DNA of 61,459 bases, counting the filler. It is 4 parts of 4 records of this genome, joined end to end, with 100 filler letters (N's around TTAATTAATTAA, not from the genome) between each part and the next. Parts side by side here need not be neighbours in the genome. Positions count along the whole stretch, not along the records: positions 1 to 17,457 come from DRR378314_933; 3 more parts are not named here. One strand, given 5' to 3'. Of the stretch, positions 1 to 9,560 are shown piece after piece. The position numbers and the translations under genes were made by a program. The notes under the pieces are model-generated. The model ran no database searches. It was not told where the DNA came from and saw only the letters and a program-made list of their open reading frames with translations. Numbering within the stretch: the stretch's first letter is position 1; each line of letters starts with the position of its first letter.

Positions 1-1
1 C

Positions 2-799
2 GACAACCGCGCCATGATCGACGCGGACCGGCCGCTGAAGGAGATCGGCAACAAGGGGTTGTTCACCAAGGAAATCGAAGAGGCGCTGACCTCCGGTGGC
101 ATCGACCTGGCAGTGCATTCGATGAAGGACATGCCGACCGAGCAGCCCGAGGGGCTGATGCTCGACTGCTACCTGCCACGCGAGGACATGCGCGATGCCT
201 TTGTCTCGCCCGAGATCCGCAGCATTGGCGATTTGCCGACCGGCGCGGTGGTGGGCACCTCTTCCCTGCGGCGCCGCGCACAGCTGCTGAACCGTCGTCC
301 GGACCTGCAAGTGGTGGAATTTCGCGGCAATGTGCAGACCCGCCTCAAGAAGCTCCACGATGGTGTTGCCAGCGCCACCTTCCTCGCCATGGCCGGTCTG
401 CGCCGCCTGAACATGGCCGAGGAGGTCCCCGCCACCCCCATCGAGACCGAGGACATGCTGCCTGCGGTGGCCCAGGGCGCCATCGGCATCGAACGACGCA
501 GCGATGATGTGACAGCCGCCACCATGCTGGAAGCCATCCACCACGCCGAGACCAGCCTGCGGCTTGCGGCCGAACGGGCCTTCCTCGCCGCCCTTGATGG
601 CTCCTGCGAAACCCCGATCGCGGCGCTGGCAGAGCTGTCTGGTGGCACCTTGCATCTGCGCGGCCAGATCCTGCGCCCCGATGGGTCCGAGGCACTGACC
701 GATGACCAGAGCTGCGCCATCGAGGATGGCGCCGCCCTCGGTCGCCGCATGGGCGAGGCTCTGCGGACGCGGGCAGGCGACGGGTTCTTCAACCACTGA
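2..799 (+). CDS. hemC: Hydroxymethylbilane synthase (porphobilinogen deaminase), 5'-truncated by the window edge
   Basis: Motifs GNKGLFTKEIE, AVHSMKD, GTSSLRR, FRGNVQTRL, LPAVAQGA and LDGSC (cofactor Cys). Confidence 0.96.
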   Translation, partial: DNRAMIDADRPLKEIGNKGLFTKEIEEALTSGGIDLAVHSMKDMPTEQPEGLMLDCYLPREDMRDAFVSPEIRSIGDLPTGAVVGTSSLRRRAQLLNRRPDLQVVEFRGNVQTRLKKLHDGVASATFLAMAGLRRLNMAEEVPATPIETEDMLPAVAQGAIGIERRSDDVTAATMLEAIHHAETSLRLAAERAFLAALDGSCETPIAALAELSGGTLHLRGQILRPDGSEALTDDQSCAIEDGAALGRRMGEALRTRAGDGFFNH

Positions 800-943
800 C
801 AGCCGGGGCCCGCGCGCCGACGCCGGCGACACAGATCTGCCAGCTATCATGGGCAACGCCCCCGTGACGCCACGCCCTGTTTGACGCCAGAGGTCCCTCT
901 CTGCCAGCCTGCTCCAAGGACCAGGCCGCAGGGGGGACGCATC

Positions 944-1894
944 ATGACGCCGGGCAAACCCTATCTCAGCAGCAACGACATCCGCCCGCTTGCGGTGCGT
1001 TCCGACCTGATGGGCGCCTGGCTGGTGCTGCATTGCTGGGGCGTGATCGCCGCGGCGGTGGCACTGTTTGCGCTCTGGCCAAATGCCCTGACGGCGCTGA
1101 TCGCGGTGATGCTCATCGGCTCGCGCCAATTGGGGCTGGCGATCCTGATGCATGAGGCGGCGCATAACGCGCTGTTCAAGTCCCGCGCCCTCAACCAACG
1201 CATCGGGCAATGGCTCTGCGCCCGGCCCATCCTCGCGGATCTGCCCGCCTATCGCCATTATCACCTGACCCACCACCGCTTTACCCAGACCGAGAAGGAC
1301 CCGGATCTGGCGCTGTCGCTGGCCTTCCCGACCACCCGCGCCTCGCTCAAGCGCAAGTTCACCCGCGACCTCACCGGTCAGACCGGGATCAAGCAACTCC
1401 TCGGCCAGATCCGCATGTCCATCGTGCTGGCCGGCGATCACGAGGCGATGGAGGCTGCCTCTGGCGATTTTGCGCAGACCTTCAAGAGTCCGCGCCTGCT
1501 GCCCGCCCTGCCAATGTTCCTGCTGCCGATGCTGGTGATGAGTCTGCTGGGCAGCTGGTGGTGGGGGCTCGCCTTCTGGCTGCTGCCCTATCTGACCTGG
1601 TTCCAGTTCGTCGTGCGCCTGCGCAATATCGCCGAACATGGCGCGGTGGAGCGATCCGAAGATCCGTTCCAGAACGTGCGCACCACCTATGCAGGCCCTC
1701 TCGCCCGGGCGCTGGTGGCACCCTATTGGGTGAACTTTCACCTCGAACATCACATGGTCATGCATGTGCCCTGCTGGCAGCTGCCCAGGATGCATGCGCT
1801 GCTGCTGGACAAGGGCTACGGCAACCGCATGCGGGTCGCAAAGGGCTATGGGCAGGCTCTGATCGAGGCCGGCTGGCACCGCCACGGCACCTGA
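944..1894 (+). CDS. Membrane fatty acid desaturase family protein
   Basis: Three His boxes (HEAAH, HLTHH, HLEHH) plus hydrophobic segments. ATG 944 follows a G-rich RBS-like run; the ORF track starts at TTG 881. Confidence 0.85.
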   Translation: MTPGKPYLSSNDIRPLAVRSDLMGAWLVLHCWGVIAAAVALFALWPNALTALIAVMLIGSRQLGLAILMHEAAHNALFKSRALNQRIGQWLCARPILADLPAYRHYHLTHHRFTQTEKDPDLALSLAFPTTRASLKRKFTRDLTGQTGIKQLLGQIRMSIVLAGDHEAMEAASGDFAQTFKSPRLLPALPMFLLPMLVMSLLGSWWWGLAFWLLPYLTWFQFVVRLRNIAEHGAVERSEDPFQNVRTTYAGPLARALVAPYWVNFHLEHHMVMHVPCWQLPRMHALLLDKGYGNRMRVAKGYGQALIEAGWHRHGT

Positions 1895-1983
1895 CCTGCG
1901 TCACTCTCATCCGGTTTTGGCAGCCGGGGGCGCTCCCGCCCCTTTGTGAGTGAGCCGGAGGCTCCCCCAAAAGCGTTGGGCCC

Positions 1984-2016
1984 GGCAGGGGCGGCGCCGA
2001 AGGCGCCGCCCCTGCC
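1984..2016. repeat. Perfect 15-bp GC-rich inverted repeat between convergent genes (REP-like element or bidirectional terminator)
   Basis: GGCAGGGGCGGCGCC-GAA-GGCGCCGCCCCTGCC, inside a palindrome-rich stretch at about 1923-2043. Confidence 0.6.
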
Positions 2017-2067
2017 CTCCGGCGATCCGCGCAAGCGGAGCGCAACACCTCCAAGTTCCCGTGCCGC

Positions 2068-2964
2068 CTAGTTCGACACTGCCGCCGTTCGCGCCTCGCC
2101 CTCCCCAGGCGCCTCAAGTGGCAGATACTTGCGATAGCCCAGCCATTGCAGCCAGTTCTCGGCACCACCCCCGAAGACGTTCAGATCGACATTGCCCTTG
2201 ATCCCCGGCACCGACCCTGTACCGGTATATTGCCAGAACGCCCAATGCGCACCCGGATAGACCTGCTCCGGGTGCCCGGCCACCGAGCGCAGCCAGAAAT
2301 CCACCCCCTTCAGCCGACCGATGTCAGTGTCGCGGTAGAAATCCACCGTGGTATAGACCACCGGGCGGCTGCCGTAGTGGGCGGTGATCTTCTTGATGAA
2401 CCGCTCCGCCTCATGCCGGGCTTCGGCACCGGAGGGACGCCGTTTGCAGCTCGGCGAGGCGTGGTTCCACTCGATATCCAGCACCGGCGGCAGGCTGCCC
2501 GCCTCCTTGGGCACGTTGCGGATGAACCAGCGCGCCTGCTCTTCCGGCGTGCGGCAGAAGTAGTAGAAGTGATAGGCCCCGCGCCGCATCCCCGCGCGAC
2601 GGGCGCCGCGCCAGTTCGACTTGAACTCCGGGTCCAGATGATCGCCGCCCTCGGTCGCCTTGATCCAGGCAAAAGACACGCCCGCCCCGCGCACCGCGCC
2701 CCAGTCGATATCACCCTGATAGCGTGCCACGTCGATCCCATGGATCGGATAGGCCCAGGGCTCTCGCATGTCCCAATCGTGGGGGTCAGTGTCGCCGTAT
2801 TTCGGATAGGTCGCCAGCGCCGCATAGGCCCGGGAGAACACCGGGTCGATCGCCCGCTCCACCTGCCCCTCCAACGGCGGTGGCGGCACCGGTTCGCGGG
2901 TTGTGCTGCCACAGGCCGTGAGTACAGCCAAAAGTCCGAATCCAATAATGCGACGGAATGTCAT
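2068..2964 (-). CDS. GH25 family lysozyme/muramidase, probable lipoprotein
   Basis: Motifs HGIDVARYQG, IKATEG, GAYHFYYFC, PPVLDIEWN, FWQYTG and VDLNVF; lipobox LTAC follows the ATG at 2964. Confidence 0.92.
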   Translation of the reverse strand: MTFRRIIGFGLLAVLTACGSTTREPVPPPPLEGQVERAIDPVFSRAYAALATYPKYGDTDPHDWDMREPWAYPIHGIDVARYQGDIDWGAVRGAGVSFAWIKATEGGDHLDPEFKSNWRGARRAGMRRGAYHFYYFCRTPEEQARWFIRNVPKEAGSLPPVLDIEWNHASPSCKRRPSGAEARHEAERFIKKITAHYGSRPVVYTTVDFYRDTDIGRLKGVDFWLRSVAGHPEQVYPGAHWAFWQYTGTGSVPGIKGNVDLNVFGGGAENWLQWLGYRKYLPLEAPGEGEARTAAVSN

Positions 2965-3087
2965 CTTATACCTGCCAAAGAACACTGCCTGCCTTCATAG
3001 AGCCGCAGGCAGGCAGTTTCTTCAACGAAGAATGAGGCCGACACGCCCCAACCGCGCAGAATGCGCGGGATTACACCGATGCCGCGA

Positions 3088-3990
3088 TCAAACCCACTTT
3101 GCCAGAGGCGGCAGGCTCATCAGCACCGCATTGGCGTCATGACCGGTCTCCAGACCAAATTTGGTGCCGCGATCATAGACCAGATTATACTCCGCATAGA
3201 GCCCCCGGTGGATCAGCTGCGCATCCTTGTCCGCATCATCACACGCCATGCCGCGACGCGCCTCCACCAGCGGCACATAGGCCGGCAGGAAGGCGCGGCC
3301 GATGTCCTGGATCAGCGCAAAATCCGCCTGCCAGTCACCAGTGTTGTGATCGTCGAGGAAAATGCCACCGACACCGCGCGCACGGCCCCGATGCGGGATG
3401 TAGAAATACTCGTCCGCCCAGGCCTTCAGTCGCGGGTAGAGATCGCCGCCATGCGGGTCGAGATGCGCCTGCTGCACGCCATGAAAATGCGCGGTGTCTT
3501 CGGCATATTCGATACAGGGATTGAGGTCAGAACCACCGCCGAACCACCAGCCATGCGGCGTCCAGAACATCCGGGTGTTCATATGGACCGCAGGCACATG
3601 CGGGTTGCGCATATGAGCCACCAGCGAAATCCCCGACGCCCAGAAGCGCGGATCATCCTTCATGCCCGGCAGGCCCTTACGTGTGGCCATCGCATTCTGC
3701 GCACGTTCCCCAAGGGTGCCGTACACCTCGGAGATATTGACCCCAACCTTCTCGAACACCCGACCGCCGCGCATCACGCTCATCAAACCGCCGCCCGCGT
3801 CCGATCCATCTTCGGCTGTGCGTTTGGTTTCGGACACATCAAACCGGCCCGCGTCCATCTCTGTGAAAGGGCCCTTGGCGTGGCTGTCCTCCAGCCCCTC
3901 GAAACTGGCGACGATCTGGTCACGCAACTCGCGGAACCAGGCCGCCGCGCGTACCTTTTCCGCACGCATCTCTGTCGTGTTCTCCGCCAT
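3088..3990 (-). CDS. hemF: Oxygen-dependent coproporphyrinogen III oxidase
   Basis: Motifs FEKVGVN, HMRNPHVP, WFGGGSDL and RGLYAEYNLVYDRGTKFGL; AGGAGG precedes ATG 3990. Confidence 0.96.
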   Translation of the reverse strand: MAENTTEMRAEKVRAAAWFRELRDQIVASFEGLEDSHAKGPFTEMDAGRFDVSETKRTAEDGSDAGGGLMSVMRGGRVFEKVGVNISEVYGTLGERAQNAMATRKGLPGMKDDPRFWASGISLVAHMRNPHVPAVHMNTRMFWTPHGWWFGGGSDLNPCIEYAEDTAHFHGVQQAHLDPHGGDLYPRLKAWADEYFYIPHRGRARGVGGIFLDDHNTGDWQADFALIQDIGRAFLPAYVPLVEARRGMACDDADKDAQLIHRGLYAEYNLVYDRGTKFGLETGHDANAVLMSLPPLAKWV

Positions 3991-4028
3991 CTGGGCCTCC
4001 TGAATGGGATCGAATTCGGGTCGCGCCC

Positions 4029-4832
4029 TCAATGCACCGGCGCGGTGACGGGATCAAGCAGGGTGCGGCCACCATCCAGCGTCAGCACCTGTCCGGTCAT
4101 GAAACCGGAGGCCTCAGAGGCCAGGAACTGCGCCGTCTCGGTCAACTCGGTTGGCGGCGCGATGCGGTTCAGCGGCGTGTGCTCCTCGATGTCCTGACGC
4201 AGCGACCTGTTGCCCTTCAGTGTGAGCTGCATCGAGGCACTCATCACCGACCCGAAGGCGATGGAGTTCACCCGGATCTTGTGCGGTGCCAGCGAAACCG
4301 CCAGCGAGCGGGTCATCTGGTCCAGCGCAGCAGAGGTCACGGAATAGCCCATCAGGTCCGGGTGGGTGCGGCGCGCGGCGATCGACGACAGGTTTATGAT
4401 CGCCCCGTTGGCGCCTTCGTCGTCGCGCTCTTCGCCCTGACGGATCATCCGCTTGGCCACATGTTGCGATAGGCGCAATGTGGACATCAGGTTCTGATTC
4501 AGCAGGAAGTCCAGACTGTCATCATCGGGGTTGAGCGGGTCACTCGGGACGACCCTGCGGGCCCCGTTGACCAGTATGTCGATCCGGTCGAAGGCGTCGA
4601 TCGTCGCCGACAGCAGATTGGCGATGGTCAGGCGTTCACGCAAATCTCCGGCAAAGTGCCGGATGTTGCTGTCCTCCACATCGCTGCCGAGTTCCTGCAA
4701 CAGCGCAGACTCATCATGATCCACAAACATAACATTGGCGCCTTCGCGCGCAAATTGCCGCCCGATCGCCAGACCGATGCCGTTGGCCGCGCCGGTCACA
4801 ATGGCGGTTTTGCCGGAGATGGAAAAACTCAT
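4029..4832 (-). CDS. SDR family NAD(P)-dependent oxidoreductase
   Basis: TGAANGIG Rossmann motif, NLSS, RVNSI and TGQVLTLDGG; the catalytic YxxxK reads YSVTS here. Confidence 0.9.
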   Translation of the reverse strand: MSFSISGKTAIVTGAANGIGLAIGRQFAREGANVMFVDHDESALLQELGSDVEDSNIRHFAGDLRERLTIANLLSATIDAFDRIDILVNGARRVVPSDPLNPDDDSLDFLLNQNLMSTLRLSQHVAKRMIRQGEERDDEGANGAIINLSSIAARRTHPDLMGYSVTSAALDQMTRSLAVSLAPHKIRVNSIAFGSVMSASMQLTLKGNRSLRQDIEEHTPLNRIAPPTELTETAQFLASEASGFMTGQVLTLDGGRTLLDPVTAPVH

Positions 4833-4994
4833 GGGAAAGATCCTTGCTTGCGTCAGGCGTCGCGCCTGTTCCTTGGGCCAGGTTGCAGATCGGCGGCCCG
4901 GTCAGGGCCACGCGTCCCGGCGACGATAGCCGGAAGAAACGGAGAATAGAACAGGTTTTGCACGGCGCATAGAGCGGCCACGAGATCCTGATAT

Positions 4995-5981
4995 TTAGCG
5001 GCTTCGGCGGGGGCGCGCGGCACGCAGAATCTTGAAGCGGTTGTCGCCTGTGACCTCCTCGACAGTGGCAAAGAGCTCATCCATTGTGGTCTCATATGGC
5101 AAATGCCGATTGGCCACCAACCACAGCTGCCCCGACGGTTTCAGCAGCCGCGCCGCATTGGCAATGAACGCCTGCCCCAGCGCTGGCTCTGCCGCGCGAC
5201 CGGTATGGAACGGCGGGTTCATCACCACCGCATCGAGACTGCCCTTTGCGCCCCAATCACGGGCATCCGCCCAGTGGATCTGCGCGCGCGCATCATCGAT
5301 GTTGCGTCGCGCACAGGCCAGCGCAACATGGTCGGCCTCCACCAGATGCAGCGTTGCGACGCTGTCACGGGTCAGGATCTGTGCTGCCAGATACCCCCAT
5401 CCGGCGCCAAGATCGGCGATCTCCTTGCCCAGCTTCACGGGCAACGCCTGCGCCAGCAGGCGTGAGGCCGGATCAACCGCATCTGCCGAGAACACACCGG
5501 GCGCGGTGACATACCCCTCAGCAATCTCTTGCGCGCCCATGATCCAGTCTGACAGGTCCAGCCTACCGTCGATGCAGAACGCCTTGCCGTGCGCCTTGGA
5601 GAGCGCAGCCGAGGGCGTGGTGTGCTTCTTCAATTCCTTGAACATGGAATCGATGCCGTCTGTCTTCAGCCCATCGATCAGGATCGGCCCCTCCGTCGCA
5701 GCCGCCGCCTGAGCCACCAACTGTCGCGCCTGCGGCTTGGCACGTGGAATGAACACCACCGCTGCCGCGTAGCGTGCATCCGCATCTCCCTCAGCACTGC
5801 ACGCGAAACCACGGCTGGTCCAGCTGTCGAACTCTGGTTTCAACGGTTGGATGATCTCTACCTGCGCCTGTGGCAACGCAGAAAGGTCATGGCCTTCACG
5901 CGGATGGAAAACGGCGATTCGCCCCGTTTCAGGAACGGCGAAATCGCCCGATTGAACCGCAAGGCTCAGGCGTTGGGACAT
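4995..5981 (-). CDS. RsmC/MTS-family class I SAM-dependent methyltransferase
   Basis: Motifs PGVFS, DLGAGWG, MNPPFH and VANRHLPY. Confidence 0.85.
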   Translation of the reverse strand: MSQRLSLAVQSGDFAVPETGRIAVFHPREGHDLSALPQAQVEIIQPLKPEFDSWTSRGFACSAEGDADARYAAAVVFIPRAKPQARQLVAQAAAATEGPILIDGLKTDGIDSMFKELKKHTTPSAALSKAHGKAFCIDGRLDLSDWIMGAQEIAEGYVTAPGVFSADAVDPASRLLAQALPVKLGKEIADLGAGWGYLAAQILTRDSVATLHLVEADHVALACARRNIDDARAQIHWADARDWGAKGSLDAVVMNPPFHTGRAAEPALGQAFIANAARLLKPSGQLWLVANRHLPYETTMDELFATVEEVTGDNRFKILRAARPRRSR

Positions 5982-6021
5982 CGGTTTGGACCTTTCATGG
6001 ACTGTTCCGCAGGGTGCGCGA

Positions 6022-6363
6022 TCAGTCGTCTTTTTCCATTGTGCACTGCAGAGGGTGCTGGTGGCGCCGGGCGTAATCCATCACCTGCGCGACCTTGGTT
6101 TCTGCCACTTCATGGCTGAACACACCTACAACGGCGAGACCCTTTTTATGCACAGTCAGCATGATTTCAAAGGCTTGCGCGTGATTGAGGCCAAAGAACC
6201 GCTCCAGCACGATGACGACGAATTCCATTGGTGTGTAGTCGTCATTGAGCAGCAGCACCTTGTAGCGCGGCGGCCGCTGCGTCCGCGGGCGGGTCTTGGT
6301 CAGAACACCAAGGTCGCTCTCGTCATCCGGATTGTCCGACATCATCACGGGGTGCTTTAGCAT
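6022..6363 (-). CDS. clpS: ATP-dependent Clp protease adaptor ClpS
   Basis: Motifs [16 protein letters not shown] and MLTVHKKG; start uncertain (6363 or 6402). Confidence 0.96.
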   Translation of the reverse strand: MLKHPVMMSDNPDDESDLGVLTKTRPRTQRPPRYKVLLLNDDYTPMEFVVIVLERFFGLNHAQAFEIMLTVHKKGLAVVGVFSHEVAETKVAQVMDYARRHQHPLQCTMEKDD

Positions 6364-6453
6364 GGGATCGTAAGTTTCCAGTCGTGCATCTGCGTTCTTC
6401 ACCGGCTTATATAGAGGAAGAGACAGTAAGGAAAAGAGATTGAGGTCAGGATA

Positions 6454-7167
6454 ATGTCACGCGCGCTCACCACTATCGGTTTTGATGCCGACGACACACT
6501 TTGGCACAATGAACGCTTTTTCCGCGTAACCCAGGACCGCTTTGCCGAACTGCTGATGGATCATACCCCTGATGACATGGGTCCCGACACCCTGGAGCGC
6601 AAGCTGCTGGACGCAGAAAAACGCAACCTTGGCGCCTATGGGTATGGGGTCAAGGGCTTTACCCTGTCGATGATCGAAACCGCGATCGACGTCACCGAGG
6701 GACGCGTGCCTGCCGCGGTCATCAAGGAACTTCTGGAAGCCGGGCAGATGATGTTGTCCTTCCCGATCGAGCTGCTGCCCCACGCCCGTACTGCGGTCGA
6801 GGCCGTGGCCGAGGACTACCGCGTGGTGCTGGTCACCAAGGGCGATCTGCTGGATCAAGAGCGCAAGCTGGCGCAATCGGGGTTGGGTGATTTGTTCGAC
6901 GCCGTAGAAGTGGTTTCGGAAAAGACGCCGCAGGTTTATGTCGACATCTTCAATCGACACGGCAACGGGGTGGAACATGCGCTGATGGCCGGAAACTCCA
7001 TGCGCTCGGACGTGGTCCCCGTGGTCGAGGCCGGCGGTCATGGCGTCTATGTGCCTCACGGTCTGGTGTGGGAGGTCGAACACGCCGAAGCCCCCGCTCA
7101 CAGCGCCAGGTTTCACGAAATCCCGAATCTGGGCGCGTTGCCCTCGCTTGTCGCGCGCCTCGGCTAA
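6454..7167 (+). CDS. HAD family hydrolase
   Basis: Motif [15 protein letters not shown] and GNSMRSD. Confidence 0.9.
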   Translation: MSRALTTIGFDADDTLWHNERFFRVTQDRFAELLMDHTPDDMGPDTLERKLLDAEKRNLGAYGYGVKGFTLSMIETAIDVTEGRVPAAVIKELLEAGQMMLSFPIELLPHARTAVEAVAEDYRVVLVTKGDLLDQERKLAQSGLGDLFDAVEVVSEKTPQVYVDIFNRHGNGVEHALMAGNSMRSDVVPVVEAGGHGVYVPHGLVWEVEHAEAPAHSARFHEIPNLGALPSLVARLG

Positions 7168-7192
7168 CTCCCGCCGATCCGGGTGATTCATG

Positions 7193-7208
7193 TTAACTGT
7201 TTGTTCAC
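7193..7208. promoter_or_regulatory. Candidate CtrA binding site
   Basis: TTAA-CTGTTTG-TTCAC, one mismatch to TTAA-N7-TTAAC, in the long intergenic region upstream of the D,D-carboxypeptidase gene. Confidence 0.35.
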
Positions 7209-7436
7209 TACTGTGGTCAGAAGGCCTCATCTGTTAGGAAAACATGGCCTAGACTGCTGCTGAGCACGGTAGCCTGTGACAGAAAATTACGCGCCCTCCG
7301 CGATGTCGCGCCTCTGAATATAGCGAACGGGCTGCTGCAAACCACTACATCTCGTCACACAAAAACGTCTGCATATCGCTGAACGACGCGTGGCGTTTTT
7401 TGTTCCTTCACAACTGGTTTCGTCAGCATACCAGCT

Positions 7437-9200
7437 ATGATACGCTTATCAGAGCAGACAAAAGGTCAGCCGGAAAACCGGCGGCACGAGGCAGACATGG
7501 CAGTGATTTTTCAGGTCGATGGCGGTCGTCCCTCCTCCTTTTGGGCGGGTCTTGATCGCGTGAAACGTCGAAACGCAGTACAAACGATTCTCAAAACAGC
7601 GACGCGCGCATGCAGGCGGGCCGCTCAGGGACTGGCGCTTGCCGTCGGCATGGTGGCCCTGCAGCCCGAAGTGGCGCGGGCCGCGCCCTATGCGGCGATG
7701 GTGATGGACGCGCGCACCGGCGAGGTGCTGCATTCGCGCAACGCCGACACCAGGCTGCATCCCGCCTCTCTGACCAAGATGATGACGCTCTACATCGCCT
7801 TTGAGGCGGTACGGAACGGCGAGATCGACCTCGACACGATGATCACCGTCTCTCGCAACGCCGAGGCAGAGCCGCCCTCAGAGCTGGGCCTGCGCCGGGG
7901 GCAGAAGATCGCACTGCGTTACCTGATCCGTGCCGCAGCGGTAAAATCCGCCAACGACGCGGCCACCGCCATCGGCGAATCGATCTCTGGCTCCGAAGCC
8001 GCCTTTGCCCGCCGCATGAACCGTACGGCCAAGGCCTTGGGCATGACGCGCACCACCTTCAAGAACGCCCATGGCCTGACCGCCAGCGGGCATCTTTCAA
8101 CGGCCCGGGACATGTCGCTTCTGGGGCGCCATATGCTCTATGACTATCCCGAATATTATAACCTCTTCTCGCGCAGATCGACCAATGCGGGAATGAAGGT
8201 GGTCTACAACACCAACCGTCGCTTTCTGGCTGCCTACAGAGGTGCTGACGGGATCAAGACCGGCTACACCCGCGCCGCTGGGTTCAACCTCGTGTCCTCG
8301 GCAAAACGCGGCGATGAACGCATCATAGCTACCGTCTTTGGCGGCACCTCGACTGCAGCACGCAACGCCAAGATCGCTGAACTTCTCGACCTCGGCTTCC
8401 GCCGGGCTCCGGCCTACGCGAAACTGCAGAAACCGTCGCTGCCGCCTTACACGGGCAACAGTGGTCTGGGGGTCCGTCTGGCAGAGGAAGACAGCCATGG
8501 CCTTGCAGGCAAGACCATTCGCGTCAGTGGTGTAATTTCGGAAACCCTGCGTCCTCGGGCCCGCCCCGTTCCGGAGGTTGATCCTGCCATGTTGGTGGCT
8601 GAAGCCGTCGTGCCCGAACAGGACGCCACCGAGGAGGTCGAAGACATCCAAGTGGCAGCACTGGACACGGACGCGTTGCAATCCGGGATCAACAGCGCCC
8701 TTCTTGAGGTTACCGAAGTCTCTGAGGTTTCCGCCATTCAGCCGGTTGCCCGCCCTGACAGTCGGCAGTCGGACATCGAGGGTGAGGACGCCCTCAAAGC
8801 CGAGATCAGCACCGCTGTTGCCAAGGCTGTGTCCGCACCAACGCCAACCCAACGTCGCTACACCGGCCCGCGTCCACAAGTCCGCCCGTCGTCGCTGGAA
8901 ACACAGGTCGCCTCAGTCGAGGAAGAACCCGTTGTCGTGACACGCCTCTCGACCTCCGGAGGGCGCTATTGGGGCATCAACGTCGGTCGCTACCCCAACC
9001 GTTTCCAAGCGGAAAAGGTCCTGCTGCGCACCGCATTGGCAGAGATGGAAACGCTCGATGGGTCCCTGCGCAAGGTCGTACAGAACCCGCGTGGATTTGA
9101 CGCCAACTTCCTCGGTATGACCAAGGAGGGTGCAGCGCTTGCCTGCCGTCGCCTGAACTCGCGCAATGTGACCTGTGAAACTCTGGGTCCAGCATCGTGA
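7437..9200 (+). CDS. D-alanyl-D-alanine carboxypeptidase (peptidase S11) with acidic linker and C-terminal SPOR-like domain
   Basis: SxxK (PASLTK), SxN (SAN) and KTG motifs; signal-like segment ending ARA; the true start is probably downstream of 7437. Confidence 0.9.
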   Translation: MIRLSEQTKGQPENRRHEADMAVIFQVDGGRPSSFWAGLDRVKRRNAVQTILKTATRACRRAAQGLALAVGMVALQPEVARAAPYAAMVMDARTGEVLHSRNADTRLHPASLTKMMTLYIAFEAVRNGEIDLDTMITVSRNAEAEPPSELGLRRGQKIALRYLIRAAAVKSANDAATAIGESISGSEAAFARRMNRTAKALGMTRTTFKNAHGLTASGHLSTARDMSLLGRHMLYDYPEYYNLFSRRSTNAGMKVVYNTNRRFLAAYRGADGIKTGYTRAAGFNLVSSAKRGDERIIATVFGGTSTAARNAKIAELLDLGFRRAPAYAKLQKPSLPPYTGNSGLGVRLAEEDSHGLAGKTIRVSGVISETLRPRARPVPEVDPAMLVAEAVVPEQDATEEVEDIQVAALDTDALQSGINSALLEVTEVSEVSAIQPVARPDSRQSDIEGEDALKAEISTAVAKAVSAPTPTQRRYTGPRPQVRPSSLETQVASVEEEPVVVTRLSTSGGRYWGINVGRYPNRFQAEKVLLRTALAEMETLDGSLRKVVQNPRGFDANFLGMTKEGAALACRRLNSRNVTCETLGPAS

Positions 9201-9275
9201 CCTGACGGACTGCGTAACCCACCGGAGCGCCTATTTCGGTGGTCGCGAGCGCGCTCAAGATGCGTAACGACAATT

Positions 9276-9312
9276 GGGCCCGGTGCCGCGATCACGGCAT
9301 CGGGCCCTTTTT
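9276..9312 (+). terminator. Rho-independent terminator
   Basis: GGGCCCGGTGCCG..CGGCATCGGGCCC stem followed by a T-run, between the convergent carboxypeptidase gene and ccoS. Confidence 0.8.
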
Positions 9313-9383
9313 GTGTCTTGGCGCTGAGGAAAACCCTCGAACGCGTTGTGCTTGTTGCGGCATGGCAGTCGCCCGCCCGCTTG

Positions 9384-9542
9384 TCACGGCTTGGGGTGAT
9401 CATCCCATTCGTCGCTCAGGATCCGCCGCGCGTCCCCTTCCGGGTCGTCATACTGATCAGAGCGCACGGTATAGATAAACGCGATCAGCCCTGCCCCGCC
9501 AAGGATCAGGGAGATCGGGATGAGATAGGACAGGACGGTCAT
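9384..9542 (-). CDS. ccoS: cbb3-type oxidase maturation protein CcoS/FixS (52 aa, absent from the ORF track)
   Basis: Manual translation MTVLSYLIPISLILGGAGLIAFIYTVRSDQYDDPEGDARRILSDEWDDHPKP; QYDD motif; AAGGAG RBS; directly after ccoI. Confidence 0.93.
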   Translation of the reverse strand: MTVLSYLIPISLILGGAGLIAFIYTVRSDQYDDPEGDARRILSDEWDDHPKP

Positions 9543-9560
9543 GTGGAGCTCCTTTGCCCC

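Noticed and set aside
2146..4197. Long plus-strand ORFs 2146-3000 and 3061-4197
   Set aside because: Antisense shadows of the GH25 gene and hemF in GC-rich DNA, with no motifs.
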